A stretch of DNA of 27,059 nt from a virus (IMGVR_UViG_3300043690_000033:1-27059), one strand, 5' to 3'. Positions 8,392-17,460 are shown, counted from the stretch's first letter. Notes: generated from the sequence alone by a model not told the origin. Translations and numbers: made by a program.

Positions 8392-8613
8392 ATGGAGACT
8401 TGCTGGGTCTGCCACAGGCCACTGCCAAGTCGACCATGGAACGTGCTCATCAGCCCACCGTTGCGTGCCTATCCAGCCATGGCCGAAGCGCCGATTGATA
8501 CCGTGACGATGGATAACGTCATTCGGGTGTGCAGCCCGGGCGAAGCCGAGATTGCCCAGGACCGCATCCGTTTCGCCCAACGCCTGGCCGCGACAGGCAG
8601 GATCGCCGGCTGA
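8392..8613 (+). CDS. small CxxC-containing hypothetical protein (73 aa)
   Basis: METCWVCHRPL...VC; separated from the upstream stop by 1 nt. Confidence 0.6.
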   Translation: METCWVCHRPLPSRPWNVLISPPLRAYPAMAEAPIDTVTMDNVIRVCSPGEAEIAQDRIRFAQRLAATGRIAG

Positions 8614-8616
8614 GCG

Positions 8617-9123
8617 ATGGCCGGTCAGCAATCGGGCGACCTGTTGCAGCAGACCGTGGACAACTTCGCCCAGCGCGTGAGCGACTACGCCTCAGGCATC
8701 GCCGGTCGGCTCGGCGCGCCGCTCAGCGGCCAGGAGCTCAGCAAAGACGAGGTCGTCGCGCGCTGGAACTTTTCGCCGCTCGGCTCAACCCAGGCGGCTG
8801 ATGCGCAGTACCACCAGCTGGTGGCGCAGGGCACCCCGCCGGGTCAGGCGCTGCAGCAGGTGTACCCGATGCGATCCATGCTATATCAGGGGGCTGACCT
8901 GCAGGACGCCATCGCCACGGCCAAGAAGATCCAGGGCTGGGCCGCCGACGCGAGCGGTCAGGAGGTGCCGGAGCAGCCCGACGGCTCGACACTCGTGCAG
9001 CACCTGGTCATGCAGCAGCAGCAGCCGGCCCCACCGCCCGTCGCCCTCACTCCGGCGGTCGGGCCGGCGCTGCCGCCTCTGCCCCAGGCACCGGCGCTGC
9101 CACCGCCGACGGCCATGACCTGA
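8617..9123 (+). CDS. putative internal virion/ejection-associated protein (168 aa)
   Basis: Q/A-rich with a Pro-rich tail; first of four tightly packed Q/A/G/P-rich genes. Confidence 0.55.
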   Translation: MAGQQSGDLLQQTVDNFAQRVSDYASGIAGRLGAPLSGQELSKDEVVARWNFSPLGSTQAADAQYHQLVAQGTPPGQALQQVYPMRSMLYQGADLQDAIATAKKIQGWAADASGQEVPEQPDGSTLVQHLVMQQQQPAPPPVALTPAVGPALPPLPQAPALPPPTAMT

Positions 9124-9124
9124 C

Positions 9125-11143
9125 ATGCCGATCACCTGGGCACCCGATCCGACCGGCCGCAACCCGGCTGGCATGTGGGTCGACTCCGCCACCGGTCAGC
9201 CGGCCAACCAACCAGGGCCGGGCTACACGGTCGGTGCTGAAGGACCACAGGCGGTGCAGGTGCCGGCCGCGGCCAACATCGACCCGAACGCCAGCCAGCC
9301 GCCGGCGCCGACCACCAGCATCGGCGCGCCCCAGGGTCAGGGGCCGAACCTGGCCGGCACGGCCGGCCAGTACACCGTCCAGCAGATCCTCGCGCCATTC
9401 GACAACGAGTTCGCCAACGCCAACCAGGCCGTCATCGACCTGAATACGACCATCAACGGCCGCCACGGCGCCAAAGACGCCCAGGGCAACCCGTTGCCGG
9501 AGATTCAGGGTGATGCCGAAGCGCTCGCCGCGGCCCAGGCGAATGCCGTGCCCGGCGTGGTCGATCCGGCCCTGCAGGCGGCGCAGAGCAAGTACCAGGC
9601 TGACCTGAGCGCCTGGTCGGCCGCCCAGCAACGCCTGGCCGCGGCCAACGTGGCGCGCCAGAACGCGCTGCAGACGGCGATCGACAAAAACGAGCTCGTG
9701 CCGGGTCAGGCGGAGCTGGCCAAGGCGCAGGCCAACGAGTCAGGCGCGCGCGCCGCCCAGATCGCCCAGGCGACCAAGACCGCGGCCGATCTGGCACCCT
9801 CGCAGCAAGCCCTGCTGGTCTCGCAGGGCGCCCAGGCCGCCGCGCAGGCCGCGCTCGATCAGGCCAACGCCGCCAAAGTCGCGGCGACCACGCCCGCCGA
9901 CATTGCCAAGGCCACCGCCGACGCGGCCCTGGCCCAGGCCCAGGCCAACGCGGTCACGGCCATGGTCGGCGTCAACCAGGCCAAAGTCCAGGCCGACACG
10001 ACCCTCACCGAACACCAGGTCGGTCTGACCGATGCCCAGTCGGATCTGTACCAGGCCAACGCGCGCGAAGCGGACGCGCGGGCTGGCCTGCAGTCCGCCC
10101 AGACGGCGCAGCTGGTGCCGGCTCAGGCGGCCCAGGCAGCGGGTGCTGGTGCCGCGTCGCAGGCCACGGCGCAGGCCACGCTGGCCGGCATCCAGCAGAA
10201 GCAGCTCGGGCCACTGTACGGGCTGCAGGACCAGGTCAATGCCATCCGCGCCATCCAGCAACAGGTCTTCGGGCCCGGCGGCTCGGGTGACCCGAACGAG
10301 GCCGACGATCTGCTGAAGCAGTACACGACGGCCACCATCGCCGGCACGACGCCGTACGCGGCCAATGTCGCGGCGGCCAACTACGCCCAGAACATCTACG
10401 GCACCCAGGCCAGCATGTACAACGCCGCCACCCAGGCGCTGGCCTCGCGCGCGAATGCCCTGAGTGCGCTGGGCGGCAACGTCCTGAGCACGCTCGGCTC
10501 GATGAACGCGAACGCACCGGCTGGCTCGACCGCGCTCGCGGGCGCCTTCCAGGACGTGATGAACTACACGGCCCAGGCGCAGCAGCAAGCGCAGGACGCG
10601 TTTGCCAAGTCGATGGGCCTGACGCCCGGCCAGGGCGCGTTGCAGCAACCCGCCGCGCCAGACCTGCCGGCGCTGCTGCAGCGCCTGGTGCAGGGCACGG
10701 CGCAGGGTGCCCAGGCCGCGGCCGCGCAGGGTTTTCCCAGCCAGACGGGTGGCCCGGTGACCATCAACATCGGCGGCGGCCAGTCGCAGGCGCCCGCCAT
10801 GCCGGCCCCGGCACCCATGCCGCAGCCGGCCACCTTCAACCCCACGCTCGCGCCACAGAACGCGGTGCCCGGTCAGAATTACGGTGCATCGACCGCTTAC
10901 ACCGGCGGCGTCGCTCCCTGGAATGCCCAACCGACGATGCCGACTGGCACCACGATGAACGTCGGGGCGATGCCGGGCGCCGGGCCGCAGGGTCAGCAGT
11001 CGAGCCAATTGCCGAGCATGCTGCAGGGCTATCAGCCGGCCTCGACCAGCTCGCTCATGTCGCTCTGGGGCAACGAACTCGGCTCGGGCGCCGTACAGAT
11101 GCCACAGATGGCGGCCGGCCCGAGCGTGCCGTCGGTGTACTGA
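9125..11143 (+). CDS. putative DNA ejection (internal virion) protein, Ala/Gln-rich coiled coil (672 aa)
   Basis: Long A/Q heptad-like stretches with few charged residues; lies upstream of the transglycosylase-bearing giant protein, as in podoviral ejection gene sets. Confidence 0.6.
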   Translation: MPITWAPDPTGRNPAGMWVDSATGQPANQPGPGYTVGAEGPQAVQVPAAANIDPNASQPPAPTTSIGAPQGQGPNLAGTAGQYTVQQILAPFDNEFANANQAVIDLNTTINGRHGAKDAQGNPLPEIQGDAEALAAAQANAVPGVVDPALQAAQSKYQADLSAWSAAQQRLAAANVARQNALQTAIDKNELVPGQAELAKAQANESGARAAQIAQATKTAADLAPSQQALLVSQGAQAAAQAALDQANAAKVAATTPADIAKATADAALAQAQANAVTAMVGVNQAKVQADTTLTEHQVGLTDAQSDLYQANAREADARAGLQSAQTAQLVPAQAAQAAGAGAASQATAQATLAGIQQKQLGPLYGLQDQVNAIRAIQQQVFGPGGSGDPNEADDLLKQYTTATIAGTTPYAANVAAANYAQNIYGTQASMYNAATQALASRANALSALGGNVLSTLGSMNANAPAGSTALAGAFQDVMNYTAQAQQQAQDAFAKSMGLTPGQGALQQPAAPDLPALLQRLVQGTAQGAQAAAAQGFPSQTGGPVTINIGGGQSQAPAMPAPAPMPQPATFNPTLAPQNAVPGQNYGASTAYTGGVAPWNAQPTMPTGTTMNVGAMPGAGPQGQQSSQLPSMLQGYQPASTSSLMSLWGNELGSGAVQMPQMAAGPSVPSVY

Positions 11144-11151
11144 GTTTGTAG

Positions 11152-12240
11152 ATGGCCCAATTTGTCCTCCCCGATACCGTCCACGGTGGCTCGATCACCG
11201 TCTCCGGCGGCAGCCTGCAAGAAGCGCAGCAGAACGCCGCGAATGCCACCGGTGCCAGCCTGTCCCAGCAGCAGGGCGGTGGCACCTTCGGCTCGAATAC
11301 CTTCGTTGGCGGAGGTGGTGGGGGAGGTGGTGGGGGCGGAGGCGGAGGCGGAGGAGGCTCCTCGAGCGGCCTGTCCGGCTTGGCCCAGTTCGCCGCGCAG
11401 ACCTCGGGCGTCACCGACAAGCAGCTCGCGCAGCAGAAAGCCGAGTTCGACGCGCAACTCCAGTTCGCCCAGCAGCAGATGCAGCAACTCGGCATCCCGC
11501 AGTTGCAGATCAACCAGTACGTGGCCGCGCTGCAGCAGCAGCAATTCATCTCGCAGCTCGCCCAGGTGCAGGCCCAGGAGACCGGCTACTGGGTCCAGCC
11601 GAACCTGCCGACACTGTCGCCGACCGGTGGTGCCAACCAGCCACAGGCCACGCTCGGCGCTGGGCAGGGCGTCCAGACGCTGGCGGGCCAACTCCAGCAG
11701 GCACAGTTGTCGGGCATGTACCAGGGCGCGCCGACCGAGGCCGCACGCGAGTTCAACGCGCAGAACGCGCTCGCCCAGGGCCAGCTCGGGCAGCAGTACC
11801 TGGCCACCGCGGCCCAGCTGCAGGGTCCGCAGAACACCTTCCAACTCAGCAACTACCTGCGCGGCGCGCAGGGCAACCCGAACGTGCCGGCCTACCTGCA
11901 AGCGCTGTCGCAGAACATCGGCATGCCCGCCTTCCAGGCGACCGGCTCGACGGCCCCGACCCCGGCCAGCGCGGCCGGGTTGGCCGGACAACTCGGCGGG
12001 AGCCAGTCGGCCACGCCGGGCTGGAACTACAACCAGACGCTGGGCACGATCCAGAACATTATGAACGCCGGCGCCCAGAAGCTCGCGCCCGGCTCGCTCG
12101 AGCAACTGACACCGGATGAGCTGCAGGCCTTCGGCTCGGGCCTCGGCGCCGCCGGTGGCTCGCTGCCCAGTTTTATGCAGCAATACGCCCAGAGTCGCAT
12201 CGGTCAGCAGGCGCCGACCGCCATGACCTCACTGGCGTAA
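11152..12240 (+). CDS. putative DNA ejection protein, Gln/Gly-rich (362 aa)
   Basis: 17-Gly run (11308-11358), Q-rich helices, motif LSGMYQGAPT; synteny. Confidence 0.6.
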   Translation: MAQFVLPDTVHGGSITVSGGSLQEAQQNAANATGASLSQQQGGGTFGSNTFVGGGGGGGGGGGGGGGGGSSSGLSGLAQFAAQTSGVTDKQLAQQKAEFDAQLQFAQQQMQQLGIPQLQINQYVAALQQQQFISQLAQVQAQETGYWVQPNLPTLSPTGGANQPQATLGAGQGVQTLAGQLQQAQLSGMYQGAPTEAAREFNAQNALAQGQLGQQYLATAAQLQGPQNTFQLSNYLRGAQGNPNVPAYLQALSQNIGMPAFQATGSTAPTPASAAGLAGQLGGSQSATPGWNYNQTLGTIQNIMNAGAQKLAPGSLEQLTPDELQAFGSGLGAAGGSLPSFMQQYAQSRIGQQAPTAMTSLA

Positions 12241-12243
12241 GCG

Positions 12244-15200
12244 ATGCCTGGTTCGGGCATCTGGCTCGACCCCGACACCTATCTGCAGACGGCCGGCCAG
12301 TTGTGGCAGCAGACCCAGCTGCAGCAGTTGGGTCAGCGCGCGCAGGCCGGTCAGGACTGGGCCCAGCAGGCGCTCGCCCAGACCACCCAGCGATTACAGG
12401 CGATGGTGCCGCAAGTCGCACCGCAGCCCCAGCCGGCGCCTGCGCCGACACCACCCAGCCCGCCACCCGCGCCGACGCCGATCCCCACGCCCGCACCGAC
12501 GCCCGCGCCCGCGCCGATCGAGCCACCGGCAGCACCTCCGACTGCGCCCGCGCCTGCACCCGACCTCACGCCACCCACCCCGTCGCCCGAACCGCTGCCG
12601 GAAACGCCACCGCCTGGCAATCTGGTGCAGGCCGGCCAGGACTGGGCCAGCCAGCAGATCCAGAATTTGCTCCAGAATGGTGCCCCAAGCGCGGCGCAGG
12701 GGCCGTCCGCGCCGACGGGTGCTCCACTGGGTGGACCTGCGCCGAATGCGCCTGAGGCCGCGCCTGGCGCAATTTCAGGGCCACCGACCCCGATTCCAGG
12801 CGTGCCGCAGGGTCCGCGGCCAGCCGCACCTGGCGACCTGATCGACCAGGCGCGCCAGGCCGCGCAGGCCGCGGGCATCGATCCCGAGGTGTTCACCCGC
12901 CAGATCCAGCAAGAATCCGGTTTTTCCCCAACCGCCCAGAGTCCCGCCGGCGCTGTCGGGATCGCTCAGTTTATGCCCGGCACGGCCCAGGGGCTGGGCA
13001 TTGACCCGACCGATCCGGCCCAGGCACTCAGGGCCGCGGCCCAACTGGACGCCCAGAACTTGAGCAAGTACGGCGGCGACTGGGGCAAGGCACTCGCGGC
13101 GTACAACGCCGGGCCGGGCAACGTCGACAAGTACGGCGGCATCCCACCTTTCGAGGAGACGCAGACCTACGTCAAGAACATCCTCGGTGGCGCGGGTCAG
13201 GCCGTGCAGAACGTGGCGCAGGGGGTTACTCAGGCCGCCTCGCAGGCCGTCAACACGGTCGTGCAGGGCGTGCAATCGGCCGTGGCGCGGGTCTCGCAGT
13301 TCGGCATGGGCCTCGCTCCCGGAGACGCCATGGCCTTTTGCGGGCCCGCCGCGGCGCTGGCCTTCGCCCAGACCTACGGTCGCAACCCGACCGTGGACGA
13401 GGCCAAGCAACTCGCCCAGCAGGTCGGCTGGAATCCAGACCAGGGCATGGCCGGCGTCGGCTCGGAAGTCAAACTGCTCAACGCCATGGGCGTGGACGCG
13501 CACGCCACCCAGGGCATCGACTGGGCCCAGGTCGGCCGCGACGCCGCCGGCGGCAACCCGGTCATCATCGACACGCCCGGGCACTACTACTACGTCGACG
13601 GCTACGACGCCAACACCGGCAAACTGCACGTCGGCACCTCGGGCACCGACCTGAAGGGCGGCAGCGAGTGGATGTCGCCGGACCAGATCAACGCCATGCC
13701 GCAATCGGGCGGCGCGGCTCGAGCGGCCATCTTCGCCGATCATCCACTGGCGCAGTCGGACGGACTGGCGCAATCGACCCCGAGCGCGTCGCCGAGCGGG
13801 CCGCTGTACATGGGCACGATGCAGCCGGCCGACCTGACGCAAAGTGCTCCGCAAAATCTGCTCGACACGCTGGGGCAGGGCATGACGACTCTCGGCAGTG
13901 GCGTGCAGGCCAAAGCCCAGGATGTGTTGAACGCCGTGCAGACCGTGGGCGGCCAGGTCGGTACCGGTGCCGGTCAACTCGGCGATTGGTACAGCCAGCA
14001 GCAGCAGCAGGCCCAGCAGACGCTCAATCAGGCCGGCATCCCGTATCAGCCAACCGACTGGACCAAGCCCTGGCTGCCGCAGGGCGGCATCGATCCCCTG
14101 GGTCAGTTGCAGACAAGCCTGCCGTTGATCGCGCGCGGCGTGCAGCAAGGCGACATCGGCGACATCCTGGGCGGCGCGGCGCGCACGGCCCTGGCGCTCG
14201 GCTCAGCCCTGCCTGGTGCCGGCGGTGCCGAAACGGCTGGTGCGCGCGCGCTCGAGCAGATCGCTCCCGAAGCGGTGCCGTGGAGCGACCGCTCGCTGGC
14301 GGCGCTCCAGAGTGGGTTGCAGCAACCGGAGCTCACCTCGGCGCAACTGCCCGTCAGCGCTATCCCCTGGTCGGAGCGCTCGCTGGCGACGCTGCAGCGC
14401 GGTCCCGAAGACCTGCCGGCCTACATCGGCGGCTACTCGCAGCGTGGCATTGCTCTTGACCCGCTGACCGGGCAGGAATACGTGCCAGCTGGCGCGCTCA
14501 GTCCGTACAGCCCGCGCGGGATCCAGATCGACCCACTCACGGGGCAGGAGATGCTGCCTGGTCCGGAGGCACCGCTCAACACGCTGCAGCAAGCCATGGC
14601 CGCGAATCCCGAGGCCACGCGCTTCATGCGGACGGCCGGCAACCAGTTCGAGCCGGTCGTGGCCCAGCAGGCTCAGGACGCCGCGGACGTGCTGACCGGC
14701 CTGCAGAACATGGCTGCCGATCGCCGATCCGCGCTCATCGACACCCTCCAGCAGATGAGCGCGCGCGTCGACCAGGCGAGTGGGGATGTCCGACCGCAGG
14801 CCGAGGTGCAGGCCGAGCTGCAGTCGCAACTGGACCTGCTCAAGTCTCGAGCGATGGACCTGCTCGGCGATCAGTCCGGCCAGGCCAGCGTCGCCTTTGC
14901 CAGGCTGCTGGGCGGCGGTGCCGCGGGCGGCTACGGCACCTACCAGGCGACCGATCCGAACGACCCGAACCGCTGGCTCAAGGTTGCCGCCGGTGCCGGC
15001 GCCGGCGCGCTCGCCGCCGGGCCGGGCCTGGACCTGGTGCTGCAGGCCGCGACCAATCCCACGGTGCGCAACTTTGTCAGTGACGAGTCGGGCGGCCTGG
15101 ACGTTGGCAGAATCGCCTCCGTCCTGGGCGGTGGCGGGCCGGTTCCGCAAGACGTGCTCGAGCAGTTGCGCTCGGCCAATCTGAACCAGAACGTGTACCA

Positions 15201-17088
15201 GCCCATCGCCCGCCAGGGCGTCCTGCCCCAGGTCGCCGACGTCACCAAGCAGTTGATCCTGTCGAATCCGGCGACGCATATCGGCAATATGATCGGCAAC
15301 ACGCTCGAGATCCTGCGTTCGCCCGTGTCACTCACGCTGGGCGGACGGCCCCAGGATGCGGTCGCCGGCATCTCCGCGCTGACCCAGGCGATACCCGAGG
15401 CATCTCGAGCCGCGTGGGCTGCGCTGAACGGGCAGCAGGTCGCCACGCTGGGCACCGCGGCATCCCGGATCCCCTTGAGCCAGCCGGTGTATCGCGCGCT
15501 GGGTGCCGTGGATACGTTTTCGCGGACCCTCAGCGAGTACCAGGGCCTGGCCGAACGCGCCTCGCAGATCCTGGCCCGCGCGGGCGTGTCGCCCAGCGAT
15601 CCGGGCGCGATCAACGTGCTGAATGCCAACGCCGACGACCTGCTGGCCGCGGCGCGAGCGCAGGGCGCGCGCAGCGTCTTTCAGCCGGTGCGCGATGCTA
15701 CCCAGGGCACATCCTTCCTGGACAACCTGGCGCACACCTACAGCCAGTACAAGGAAGGCCTGCTGAATTCGCCCAACCTGCGCGACCAGGCGCTGGGCAC
15801 CCTGCTTGACTTCGAGCTGCCCTTCGCGGGTATTCCGATGCGTCTGCTGGAAGTCGGCGCCGGCCGCGCGCCGGGCATCGCCCAGGTCACCGGCATCGGC
15901 CGAGCTCTTGCGGCTGGGCGTGCCGGCGACATGCCGGCCATGCAGCGCGCCATCGGCGAGACGACGCTCGAGACCGGCATTCAGGCCCTCATCGCCAAGG
16001 GCATCAGCGACGGCAACATCGTCGGACCCGAGAATCCGGATCACCCCGGCGGCGCCATCCGTATCGGCGGCCAGTGGTTCAACTTCGATCGGATGGCAGG
16101 CGGCTTCGCCCTGCCGATGCAGATCATGGCCGGCTTCGCCGAGGCCTTCAACAAGGCCGGCGTCAACTACATCTCGCCCTACGCAGGGCAGACCGTCGCT
16201 GGCGTCAACCGCGGCGCGCTCGATCGTCTGGCGCAGCAAACCGCGGCCGGCCTGAACGCGGCGATGAAACCGTTTGCCGACGCGGTGCCGGGCGAGGCCG
16301 TCATGCACATGCTCGCCGCGGTCGGCGACGGTGGCACCAGTCAGCTGATTCAACAGCAAGCCCAGGACGCGATCGCGCGTGTGAGCCAGCCCGGCTTCGC
16401 GCGTTTCATGGAAAACCTGACCGATCCCGTCGCGCGTGAGGTCCAGAAAGCCGGGCCGGATGCGCTGTGGCAACCCACCGCCGCGGCGATCCCTGGGCTC
16501 TCGGCCTTCGTGCCGCCCAAGATCGACCCGACCACCGGCCAGCCCATGCCGCGCACGAACTTCGGCCCTGGGCAGTTAGTGGGCGCCGAAAATCCGCATC
16601 TGTCGGCGATCACCCAGGAGGCCAACGACCTGCGCATGAAATACGGCTACCAGGTCAACCCGCCGCGCTCCTATCCCGACAGGGTCACGGTCGGCAACTC
16701 GGTGATTCCGCTGAGTCCGAGCGAGCAACAGGCCGTCGCCCAGTTGAGCGGTCAGCGCATGGCCCTGTTGACCGCGCGCATCGAGGCACCACAGTACGCG
16801 TCTCTGCCGCCCTTGCAGCGTGCCCTCATGCTGCAGGGCATCAGTCGCGCCGCCGATCAGTTGAACATCGCCGCGCTGCAGCAGGTGCTCGGCCCCCAGC
16901 AATTCCGCGCTCGGGTCATCCAGGGCATGCAACTGGCGGGCGCGCCGATGCTGGCCCAACCCCAGATCCTGGACTTCAGGCAGAGTGTCGCGAATGGGCA
17001 GGCCCTGCAGCAGGCCCTGCAAGGCGGAGGGCTGGGCAGCGCGCTCGCGCGCCTGCAGGCGGCCAATCAGGCGGCACTCGCCGGCTAA
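12244..17088 (+). CDS. large internal virion/ejection protein with lytic transglycosylase (SLT) and C39-like peptidase domains (1614 aa)
   Basis: SLT at ~12840-13185: IQQESGF (catalytic Glu 12913), GAVGIAQFMPGT, ALAAYNAGPG. C39-like at ~13300-13745: FCGPAA (Cys 13339), GHYYYVDGYD (His 13582). C-terminal ~600 aa resemble podoviral large ejection proteins. Confidence 0.85.
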   Translation: MPGSGIWLDPDTYLQTAGQLWQQTQLQQLGQRAQAGQDWAQQALAQTTQRLQAMVPQVAPQPQPAPAPTPPSPPPAPTPIPTPAPTPAPAPIEPPAAPPTAPAPAPDLTPPTPSPEPLPETPPPGNLVQAGQDWASQQIQNLLQNGAPSAAQGPSAPTGAPLGGPAPNAPEAAPGAISGPPTPIPGVPQGPRPAAPGDLIDQARQAAQAAGIDPEVFTRQIQQESGFSPTAQSPAGAVGIAQFMPGTAQGLGIDPTDPAQALRAAAQLDAQNLSKYGGDWGKALAAYNAGPGNVDKYGGIPPFEETQTYVKNILGGAGQAVQNVAQGVTQAASQAVNTVVQGVQSAVARVSQFGMGLAPGDAMAFCGPAAALAFAQTYGRNPTVDEAKQLAQQVGWNPDQGMAGVGSEVKLLNAMGVDAHATQGIDWAQVGRDAAGGNPVIIDTPGHYYYVDGYDANTGKLHVGTSGTDLKGGSEWMSPDQINAMPQSGGAARAAIFADHPLAQSDGLAQSTPSASPSGPLYMGTMQPADLTQSAPQNLLDTLGQGMTTLGSGVQAKAQDVLNAVQTVGGQVGTGAGQLGDWYSQQQQQAQQTLNQAGIPYQPTDWTKPWLPQGGIDPLGQLQTSLPLIARGVQQGDIGDILGGAARTALALGSALPGAGGAETAGARALEQIAPEAVPWSDRSLAALQSGLQQPELTSAQLPVSAIPWSERSLATLQRGPEDLPAYIGGYSQRGIALDPLTGQEYVPAGALSPYSPRGIQIDPLTGQEMLPGPEAPLNTLQQAMAANPEATRFMRTAGNQFEPVVAQQAQDAADVLTGLQNMAADRRSALIDTLQQMSARVDQASGDVRPQAEVQAELQSQLDLLKSRAMDLLGDQSGQASVAFARLLGGGAAGGYGTYQATDPNDPNRWLKVAAGAGAGALAAGPGLDLVLQAATNPTVRNFVSDESGGLDVGRIASVLGGGGPVPQDVLEQLRSANLNQNVYQPIARQGVLPQVADVTKQLILSNPATHIGNMIGNTLEILRSPVSLTLGGRPQDAVAGISALTQAIPEASRAAWAALNGQQVATLGTAASRIPLSQPVYRALGAVDTFSRTLSEYQGLAERASQILARAGVSPSDPGAINVLNANADDLLAAARAQGARSVFQPVRDATQGTSFLDNLAHTYSQYKEGLLNSPNLRDQALGTLLDFELPFAGIPMRLLEVGAGRAPGIAQVTGIGRALAAGRAGDMPAMQRAIGETTLETGIQALIAKGISDGNIVGPENPDHPGGAIRIGGQWFNFDRMAGGFALPMQIMAGFAEAFNKAGVNYISPYAGQTVAGVNRGALDRLAQQTAAGLNAAMKPFADAVPGEAVMHMLAAVGDGGTSQLIQQQAQDAIARVSQPGFARFMENLTDPVAREVQKAGPDALWQPTAAAIPGLSAFVPPKIDPTTGQPMPRTNFGPGQLVGAENPHLSAITQEANDLRMKYGYQVNPPRSYPDRVTVGNSVIPLSPSEQQAVAQLSGQRMALLTARIEAPQYASLPPLQRALMLQGISRAADQLNIAALQQVLGPQQFRARVIQGMQLAGAPMLAQPQILDFRQSVANGQALQQALQGGGLGSALARLQAANQAALAG

Positions 17089-17342
17089 CGCCCCTTCATC
17101 GCCTGATCGAGCACCCAATTGCCGAATTGTTGCTGCTGCATGGCTTGACCCTGCGTGAGCGTGGCATTCGCCTGCATCTTGGCGAGTTCGGAAGCGTTGT
17201 ATGCCGCACGTTGCTGGGCCGCTACCTGGGCGCTCGAGGTGCTGGCGATGGTGCTGGCGATCAGCCAGCCCGCGAAGGCGATCGCGGCCGCGAGGCTAAA
17301 GAGAGAAAGTGGAAGCCAGTTCGGTTTACGCTGTGGTTGCAT
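17085..17342 (-). CDS. antisense single-TM membrane protein, candidate superinfection-exclusion/moron gene (85 aa)
   Basis: SD AAAGGAG 8 nt before ATG17342; MQPQRKPNWLPLSLFSLAAAIAFAGWLIASTIAS hydrophobic helix followed by a Q/A helix; convergent 4-nt overlap with the ejection gene stop. Confidence 0.65.
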   Translation of the reverse strand: MQPQRKPNWLPLSLFSLAAAIAFAGWLIASTIASTSSAQVAAQQRAAYNASELAKMQANATLTQGQAMQQQQFGNWVLDQAMKGR

Positions 17343-17460
17343 CGGAAGTGCTCCTTTCGGTGCCGGCTCCCGGTCGCCAATGCCAACTGCGACGCGGGAG
17401 CATTTCTGTGTGGTGAAGCCACCATAGCCGGCGCGTATTAGCGGCACGTTGCGGATTGGT

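Noticed and set aside
12420-12620. Tandem DNA repeat or CRISPR-like array (also 25160-25285 and 21320-21415)
   Set aside because: Explained by Pro-Ala/Pro-Thr, collagen and Pro-Glu coding; no constant repeat with unique spacers.
12244-17088. Tape measure protein
   Set aside because: No tail tube, terminator or tail-assembly-chaperone frameshift genes nearby; the adaptor/nozzle/fibre set indicates a short tail.
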